Assembly (NCBI RefSeq): GCF_009914755.1
Contig: NC_060929.1
Reading direction: 5' to 3' (one strand)
DNA length: 64,000 bases
DNA from: the human T2T-CHM13v2.0 reference genome, Homo sapiens
Below, in pieces: positions 54,416 through 64,000 of this stretch. The first letter of the stretch is position 1, and every line of letters starts with the position of its first letter. The position numbers were made by a program, and so were the translations under genes. Below the pieces are notes generated by a model. It had not been told where the DNA came from, made no database searches, and was given only the letters and a program-made list of their open reading frames with translations.

Positions 54416-56882
54416 CTTATTTATTGAGCTTCTATTACACGCCAGGCACAGTGCTAGATGCTGGGTTTGAGATGACGAACAAAACAGACATAATCCCAAA
54501 CTTCATAAGCACTGAAATTTGATAGCAAAATATCCCTGAGATCTGCCTACGGGATCTGCCTACAAGTCAATGCAATGTAATCAAATACACATTAGTATTT
54601 CAGGCTAGCTATACCTATACAGTTGTAAAACAGGATATTCTTTAGAATTAACTTCTATGTCATTTCTAGTATTGGTCATTTCAACTAAATTTTTGTAAAT
54701 TCTCTGAAAATTAGGCTATTTCTGTTTCTCTATATAGAATTGGGTATTGGGATGGGCAGGTTTAATAAAGCATATTCCTGAAACTATGTGATAATCCCCA
54801 TCTGTTTGAGGGTTACGTGAGTGGAACAGCACAGTTTTGCTAATAATTCCTTATAAATCATTACAAAGTTGAATTTTATGAATTTGTGCTCATTTACTCA
54901 TTCTTTCTCCCTACACACACACACACACATGCACACACAAATATACATGTATACAAATGTGTGTGTGAAAAGCTGTCTAAAGAGATAGTTAGCTGATACT
55001 CTGGACTCAGTCACCAATATGCTTGCTGATGGTCTCCAGATCTTCTGCATTTGCCCCAAGTGTTATGCTAATGTACAGTATAGGCATTTGTTTGAATTAG
55101 GATAATAAAACTGGCCAAGGATAAAGGCACTAAAGAAACTGCATTATTTAGATGTCAAAATTACCTTATGGTGATGAACACATCCCTTAAGTCCCTTTTA
55201 TCCTCAAGTTTTGCTATCCACTTGATTTCTAAATGTGACATACTATCTATCCATTTTTACCTGGAGTGAAAATAATGATACTGTTATGTTTACTTATAAA
55301 GGTATAGAGCACAGTAAAAAGAGCCAAAATTTAGAGTCAGGTAGACTGGATTCAAATTTTAATTGTGCCATTTAATTGTATAATTTATGGAAAATCACAA
55401 CCTCTTTGGGTCTCAGTATAAAATGTTTTGCAAAATAGAAATAATACAATTTTTGTGATTTTCTTTTTTTATTAAACATTAAATAAAATAATAAATGTAA
55501 AGTGCCTGGCAGACAGTATCTACTTGGGGTAAGTATTAATGATTGGCTACATTCAAGAGCAATTCAAAGAGAGAAATCACTGCCTCTAAAAACTAGTTGC
55601 TGTACAGATATAATACATAATATCCCTGAAGTAATTTATAATACTTTCAACTGGAGAAATAAAGAAAAAATACAAGATTCAACAAAATGTCAAGATTGGG
55701 ATTAATGGGGCGATTATAAGTTTGTTGAATTATTAACCAACAAGGCCAGAAAATCAATGTGCTGTCCTAAATATGGTTTGTTGCATTACTCTCAAAAGGT
55801 TAAGAAGACACTGGCCTGGTGTTAACAGGGGCCTTGAATTGAACATATTGCATTTTTCTTTATCGGTATGCTCCGATAAAGAAAATGTTTTTATGGGTAT
55901 GAGGAGCATACCCATAAAAAAAATGCAATAGTACCTACAACTCTTTCGGGAACTGACTGTTTTGAAAAAATAACAGTCAGCTGCCTTTTACGGGGGTTGG
56001 TGGGGAGGTAATTATCTAAATATAAGGTGGCAAGTGAAAACTAGTTACCTAAGAAATTGCATTACTTAAGAGAAGTCGCCAAGGTTCACTACATCACATC
56101 TTTCAAATCTTAAATGAGCACCTTTCCTCACATTATCCCTTTGTCGGAAGCAATTTCTCTTTACAACTATTCTGGCTACCTCAGACCTCCATCCAAAATT
56201 CTCCTGAATCCTTCATTATCGACAAAGCCTGGAGCAGAACGCAAGCATTCCTTTCTGAAAGCACACATACTTACTGATCACTGCTTTCCAAAAATGCATC
56301 TAATGCCCAAGCATGAAATTACAAGCTTGTTCTCTTATGTCTCAGCCATGAAAACAAAGACCGTTCTTCTCATCCAATTCAAATGGCGGGAGGAACCTTC
56401 AATTAATTCTAAATCAGGAAGGAACCTCCCCATCTCACTTCCTAAATGTTTGTAAAAGATGTCTTCTTCAGCCAACCTCCTGCCTTCCAGGCACGGCACC
56501 CCAGAACTACGGAAACAGTACTCAGGAATCAAGAGTGGCCAAACGCTGCCAATGGGAGATAGGAAACTCGTTGATCATTGGTAGAGAAACTCGGCACAAC
56601 GCCGAGTCACGGTACACGGTGTCTTCGGCCTCGCCCAGGGACACTTGGTGACCCGAGGTCGAGTTCCAAGTCGGAGACAGATTTTGCGAGTGGATAAGAC
56701 GGTAAGCCGGGATCCCAGGGCCTTCTCCAGCTGCACTGGGTGTCAAGCGCCACGGGGTTTGATGGGGACTCCTTCTGGTTCCACCCTCGCCCACTCACTT
56801 CTCGGGCTGGCCATAATGCTGCACAGAGCCCCGGCCAGCCATTAATATCAGGCGCAGGAGAAAACCCAGTAAAATCACTTAC

Positions 56883-56990
56883 CAGTCTTCCACCTCCGGT
56901 GCTGATCTAGCAAGAGCCTGACCCGCTGGCCAGACTCAAGCTCTGCACCAGGTATTACCACCCTGGCGACGGCTCCGGAGCGTCACTGAC
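56883..56990 (-). other. KIAA0825: KIAA0825 exon 1 (non-coding; TSS approximate)
   Basis: Consensus donor CTG|gtaagt on the minus strand (plus strand acttac|cag at 56877-56885). Gene identity comes from recalled locus organisation. Confidence 0.7.
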
Positions 56991-57049
56991 AACCACCCGG
57001 AAATGGTACTATCGCTTCCGGGGCTGCCTAGCGCGCGGCGGGAAATTGT

Positions 57050-57148
57050 TTCCCAGAGCCCGGATTCGTGAAGCAGTTGAGTGCTGCAGCGGCAGTCGTC
57101 GCCCCTGCCGCCGCTGCCACCGAAGGAAGCATCCCAGACACCGGGAAG
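57050..57148 (+). other. SLF1: SLF1 (ANKRD32) exon 1 (non-coding; TSS approximate); the coding exons would lie beyond the window
   Basis: GC-rich leader ending in donor AAG|gtaaag. Identity comes from the recalled head-to-head arrangement about 51 kb from the ND5-CYTB NUMT. Confidence 0.7.
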
Positions 57149-58229
57149 GTAAAGGGGCTCAGCTAGGAAGACACAGTGTATTCTGTCTCTGTGGGGATGT
57201 TTCTTCGCCGGGCGGTACCTCCGAAGTTTCTGCCTCCCGGCTGTGAGGCTAGGAAGGAAGCGGCTGGGGTGAGCGGCAGCGGTGTCTGGCTCTCGCGCTT
57301 TCTCCAGCTGCAGTTCGTTCCAGCTCTCCCGACTTCGCGCTCGGCGCCGGAGTTGGTGGGCTGCAGCTGCAGACCCCGCGACGCTTCGCCCGTGCCGCTG
57401 CGGGGACTGCCACCGAGCGCCCCTCTGCAGTACTGGGCTGAGCCACTTCCCCCGCTTCTGCTTGCGCAGCTCTGCCGCTCGGCCCGCCGCCTGGAAGGCG
57501 CTAGGCCCCCCGCGTCTCTCGTTTCCATAGAACCCATGGGGACGCCTCATCCTGATACCAGAATTTTGGCTGCTTTCCATAACTTAGCGTCTGCGAAGGT
57601 GGCTGGGATACCCCAGGCCCACTTTCCTGTGACGAAGAAAATTGTGTCATTCTTTCCTCTCTAGTAGAATTTTTTTTTTTTAAACTGCTAAAACGGCAGT
57701 GATCCTATCTCTGACTGCTATAGGCCTTTAAACACAAACATACACACATACACTTTTCGCTGAAGGGAGGGTCTGTGTTCCTGGGGTTTATATTTCAGCT
57801 GCCTGAAGGCTGGAAACAAGACTGAGTGGCTATTTTAAGATTTCTTCCACTTCCAAAGCCTCAGATTAAATATTGACAAAAAAAAAATTGGTCCGTCTCG
57901 GGTACTTCATATCATTATTTGACTCAGGAGTTAGATGGAGCTTGATTTTGGAGGCGCCAGCCTCTTTTTTGACGAATGACTTTATTAAAAAATTTTGTTG
58001 TTGTTGTTGAAATATTGGGAATGAACATTTGAACTGAATTTACAATGTATGTGTGACAGACAATGCACCTTGTGGACTTTTTGGTTTATGTTATTCCGTT
58101 GTGCCTCAATTCTTGGAAATACCTGTGGATGTGCAAGATGTTCTCATTATTGGAAAGTTTGATTACGTATATTGCAGGTGTTCAATACCTAAGTTGCTAG
58201 TATGAGGTGAATTTATATTAAAGAGTATA

Positions 58230-58555
58230 TTTCTTTATTTTCTTTTCTTACCTTTCCTTCCTTCCTTTGCTTTCTTTCTTTCTTTGACAGAGCCTTGCTC
58301 TGTTGCCCAGGCTGGAGTGCAGTGCCTATCGGCTCACTGCAACCTCCGGCTCCCAGGTTCAAGCAATTCTCCTATCTCAGCCTCCCGAGTAGCTGGGATT
58401 ACAGGTGCGCGACACCACGCCCGACTAATGTTTTGTATTTTTAATAGAGACAGGGTTTCACCATGCTGTCCAGGCTGGTCTCGAACTCCTGATCTCAAGT
58501 GTTCCGCTCGCCTCGGCCTCCCAAAGTGCTGGGATTACAGGCGTGAGCCACCGGG
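58230..58555 (-). mobile_element. AluS
   Basis: Reverse Alu with (CTTT/CCTT)n tail. Confidence 0.9.
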
Positions 58556-61500
58556 TAACTCTTGAGTATTCTTAATTTAAAGGAACTAGGATGTTCAAAT
58601 ACTTGAATGTTTAAGTCAATTTTATTGTAAAGACAGCGAACCTTCAGTACTGCAAATAAACCCCTATTCTGTTTTCTAAATCCAGATTTTATTATGCGTT
58701 ATTAAGTAAAATTGAATTATATAACCTAACATTTTCTTGCTTCCCTAAAGCATAAAGCGTGGATCACGTGAAAGTCATTGAAAAGATGATCAAATGTGGT
58801 TACTTTTCATAATCAAAATTCAGAACTGAAGATTTCGTAATAAGCATCCACATTTTCCACTGATGTTCAAAAACATTGCGTTTTGGGAAACCAATAGTAT
58901 AGCTTTTATTTATTAGTACTTTCCTTATTATATGTATCTTGATTATATTACCCTAAAGTAGGGTTTTCACCATTTAAATAAAACTTTTTTAGAAAGTAAA
59001 ATAAAAAATTCTGTGTTGGCTTTGAATAATAAACCCTAAACAAAACGAATTCTCTCAAGAATGTAACTAAAATGAGACATCATCTGTTACTCTTGTAGTT
59101 GACTCTTTGAATATACTAATAGAAAATATATCTGTATAATGTACTATGTACTGTTTTTCACCTTATAAGGGCATGTTACTGCTTAAAAGTAAAATAACCC
59201 TGGAACTTTTAAGTTCACTTAATTCATACTTTCTATCAAAATTACTTTGAAATTTAAAATACACTGTCTGGTTATTTTTGAGGAGGAAGAAAGACTTTCT
59301 CATATGAATCACTCTAATGATTGATACCAAATCACTTTTGAGAGGAAAATAATGAAAACTTTGTTTCTCATTAGACAAAAAGAGCACTCTTTAGATTGTT
59401 TCTAGAAATGCTTTGAAATTTTAGGCACTGTTATTTTACTGAAAATAATTTATAATTATGTTTAAATTTTTTCAGTGATATTGCTGTTCTAAATGTCTTC
59501 CCACCCTTGTACTGTTCTTTCACTTAATGTATCTTTCTTTTGTGTTAGCTGAAAGTAGATTGCTTTATGAAATTATAATGTGGTTAAAAGTATTAGACTA
59601 AGTTCTGCAATTTAGTTCACCTTGGTATTGTAGAAAAGGCATACAGTTTTTGCAGAAAGACTTATATGTGCATCTTGTTTTTACCATTTACTAGCTGTGT
59701 ACCCTTGAAGTAGTTTCTTAATCACTCCGATTTCCCAGTATCCTCATCTGCACAAGAAAAATAAATAGCACTTATGTTGTGAAGAAGGAAATGAGCTAAC
59801 ATATATACTGTGGTATAAACCACAGTAGGTCCTCCATAAAAATTAAATCCTGCTTGTTCAACCTTAGACGTATGGTCTTCCTTCTAAGTAAACCAAATTT
59901 CCTAGGATACCAAAGCACATTTGACTTCTATGGCTAACCGATATCTACTGTCCACCTATTCTTTTTCTGAACCTTTCCTCTCTTGACCAACTTGCTTCCT
60001 TAAGGACTCCTTCATCCCGAAATTAACATCTGCCCAGCCTGTGCCTTGTACAGTACTGGATAGATTGGACATCTCCGTATGTCCTCCTAAGCTTCTCATT
60101 TTTTTCTCACCATATTCACTTTGGGGCTTGTTCTGTTTCTTCCTTCTAGCGCTAAATTTGTCATCAGAGGGACTAATTACTGCTTCTTTCCCAAATAATG
60201 CTATGGAAGTAAGAACAGCCCTCAAGTCTCATCACTGGATGCTTCTGTCAAATAATTAATATTTATACACACACACACACACACACACATACACACGTGC
60301 GTGTGCATCTCTCCTATCTTTGAAGGATGGGGCAGGAAATAGACACTGTGTCTTTAAAAAAAAAAGTCTGAAGGCCAGCTGAATGATATTAAACCAAGGG
60401 CCTAATTTGGCTCCTAGGCCTAAAGGGGCCAGAATTTCTAAACGCCACTTGTAGTTAAACGTCAAACAGTATTTTATACACACAGTATAAGTACTGTGAC
60501 ATGTGTCTACCTTTTGCAATATTGGTTCAAACAGAGATCCAACACTTGGACCCTTTTCAGTTTTAACAGTTATTTGTTTACTTTCCCAGTTAAATGTTTT
60601 GAATAAGAGAAATGAAAATTTTTCAGACTGTTTAATTCAGAGCAGAAATCTTGACTGCATTCAGTGCTTGGTATATGCTTTTCAGATGAGGGGAGTTTCA
60701 AATAATTTTCCTTAGTTTGCTGTAAAAGTAGGTTTAAAATCAAAAGAATTCACCAAAATAACAAACACTGAGAAACCACTAGTTTTCATCATGACCTTAA
60801 AACCATGAAGAGTATTAAGTGGCATGGAAAAATGATCACAATATAACATTACATAAAAATGAAGATATGAAACAATGTAATATCCAAATTTTGTTATATA
60901 TATTTTTTACACTCAGATAAAACCTAAAAGTCAACATCCCTCCCCAGTGTTAACAATGGTATTACAGGCTGAAGGGATTAGAGATGATTTTAATCTTTCT
61001 ATATACTTTGTAATATTTTTCAAATTTTCTATAATAAGTGCATGTTAAAATTGAAAGACAAGTCTGTAAAGGTTATTTTGGGGGGAAAACTTTAGTTCTT
61101 AAATATAAATATATAAATCAAAGTTTTTTTATTAAGTCTTAAATATTTATTTTAGCTAATGATACCATACAATTTATTTCTAAGATTACTTCTCTTTTAT
61201 GGGTAGGGCTGGTTATAAAAGAAACCAGCCCTATATAATGTAGAGTAGGGAAAAGTTTATCCTTATTTTCCTTACAAAACCCCATTTATGCATCCCTGTC
61301 TCTCATTTTTGTAGCACCTTCCGCTTTTTCCCAAGGGTTGTACCCTGCTCTTTCATCTTGCCTCTCAAACCAGACTTTTGTATTCATATCTGTATTCCTG
61401 TCTTTCCTTGTCTCTGAGCTCAATTTTCAACATGTTCTTCAAACATGTTCTAGCTATGTGTTACATTATAAAGAATTCAAAGAACCTAAAAAGCTAGTTT

Positions 61501-63288
61501 ATAATAAATAGTGTTCTTAATTAAGATGAAGAGTTCTATAAGTTTTCTTTGCATTTTGGACTGGCACCAACTACAAAGGAATTTCAGGCATCAAGAATAG
61601 GCCCATGTGGGAGATATTTTGGGAAACTCCATACCACAGAGACAGTTGCTTGCTATGCATAAAGGCCAACTCTGTTTATAGTCATTGTCTCCTTAGTTGT
61701 ATTTTATTGTTCAAGGTAAGTAACTAATTTTTGTTAATTATAGATAAGATTTTAATAATTACTACAAAAGGACATTTTCTCATAACCAAGAATGTCATAT
61801 AATTTTAATTTTTTTGACAGTAAAAATAAAACTTAACTGTCAGAAGTCATGCTCTCTTTTTTGCTTTTTTTTTCCCTCCTTTTTTTTGGTGTTAAGATAG
61901 TATCTTCTGTATGAATGCTCCAAGGAACACCCCCTATTAGTTCTAGAAAGATCTATAATTTTTCTAAAAATAACCACTGGTACAATTATATTATGGTATA
62001 TTTACTTTCCTTCTTGTGCTGCAAGACTTCTAGAAGTTAGCTCTTGATCCTCCCTACCTCAGACATATCACTTACACTAAACTTGACTGTACTTTAAAGG
62101 ATTTTTAATTGTCTGGGTTATTGATATATGTTAAACCAATTATAGTGCTCTTTTTGGCCTCATTAACATATCAGGTTTATTGTATTCTTAATCCTGCAGG
62201 GTCAGAAAGAACCATCAAACCATGAATTTTATAAATAAATCAATCAGTATATCTATACATGTTTATATCTATTCCTACATATATAGTTTTCCTGTGTAAC
62301 TGCATGAATTAGATCCTGTAATACAGGTCATTCACTTGTCATATCATGTGCTGTAAAAAAGCATTGCTAAATGTATTATAAACTGTTGTTTCAAGTAGAT
62401 AATTTTATTCTAGAAAACTGTTACAAAACTGTGCTAGTTATTTTGGGCCGTCACTGGGATTCCTGATTCTGTTAAAGTTTAGCTAGTAGCTCAGTTTTTC
62501 TGATAAATTTGTGACTAGAATGTCCTGTATTCTGATTTGTCTTTAAACATATCCATATTTTATGGATAATGTTTGAATCAGGACATTCTGTTTTTTCACC
62601 TTTGTTTCCTACTTCCCTTTCCTCCGCATGTTTAACTTCAGTTTCATATTTAATCATTTTCAAAGGAAATAAATTGCTTTAAAAGGCTTTCCTGATTTCT
62701 GCTATTATGCAGTTAGTCCTATTTTCATTTTACTATGGGCTCTTGCTTTGACAGAAAATGCTGTTAAATATACAAAGTGGGTCATTTCCATCATATTTAT
62801 TTTATTATAAAGACCATATGGTTTAAGATGAAAACTGCTTTACACACTAACTCCAGTAAATCCAAATAATTTAATAATTTATACATGAAACCAAAATACA
62901 TTAAAATGTTACCTTATTAATAATCAAATTGTAAAATAGCTATTAACATGATCTGGAAACAGCAACATAGTATATGTTTATTTCTGTATAACTTGTTTAA
63001 TTCTGAGGAAGCAGAATAATAAAATTTAAAGGACAAGCTTTAAATGAAACTTTTGGGTAACAGTGTTATAACAATTTTTTTATTATTTTTTGTATATTCC
63101 GATTATTTAACATTAGTTTTTATACGTCAATTTTTAGAATAGGCAAGATTTTAGACTTTTTAAAACCACCCAGACTTCTTTGGCAATATTCCTGAAATAG
63201 CCATTAAATAGACCTTGAAACTCTAAAATACATTAAAAATATACAAGTAGTAGGAAAAGCATATGTGTTTAAAACTCTTGTATTCCTC

Positions 63289-64000
<712 letters not shown>

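Larger units (their letters stand above)
56480..57600. promoter_or_regulatory. CpG-island bidirectional promoter (KIAA0825 on minus, SLF1 on plus)
   Basis: The only CpG-dense non-repeat segment. Divergent splice donors at 56881-56882 (-) and 57149-57150 (+); inverted ETS cores ccggaa (56997) and ttccgg (57016); E2F-like ggcgggaaa at 57037-57045; half-CRE cgtca at 56981. Confidence 0.9.

Noticed and set aside
56936-57664. ORFs of 214, 162 and 124 aa over the CpG island
   Set aside because: Stop-poor GC-rich DNA gives overlapping ORFs on both strands. They are low-complexity R/A/G/S, show no recognisable domain and cross splice donors.
61204-61233. 11-bp hairpin tagggctggtt/aaccagcccta
   Set aside because: Short and isolated; plausible by chance in 64 kb.

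Overview
This is human (great-ape-type) nuclear DNA, rich in repeats, with no intact protein-coding exon. From memory, not from a search, I place it at 5q15, where KIAA0825 (- strand) and SLF1/ANKRD32 (+ strand) sit head to head. Their shared CpG-island promoter lies at about 56.5-57.6 kb. Non-coding first exons sit at about 56883-56990 (-) and about 57050-57148 (+), and a 151-nt KIAA0825 5'UTR exon sits at 20454-20604 (-). The KIAA0825 introns carry four main insertions. (1) A 3.47-kb NUMT (partial ND5, ND6, tRNA-Glu, CYTB, tRNA-Thr, tRNA-Pro, start of the D-loop; 5477-8940), flanked by a 9-bp direct repeat and lying inside an old hAT-Blackjack transposon. (2) A FASTKD1 processed pseudogene (30406-32914) with a polyA tail, a 14-bp target-site duplication (TSD) and two large internal gaps, lying inside a THE1 element. 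(3) A full-length dead L1PA7/8-like element (21066-27203). (4) A five-layer nest of L2, MST, L1, THE1 and Alu (38.7-45.2 kb). There are also about 25 Alus, including a very young AluYa. I found no convincing new multi-gene system. The least explained signals are small: a fourfold alternating palindrome about 1 kb from the promoter, a TTAA-flanked MITE-like inverted repeat, several templated insertions or fold-backs, and a nested VNTR. The NUMT would also be transcribed in the lncND5/ND6/lncCytb orientation as part of the host intron.
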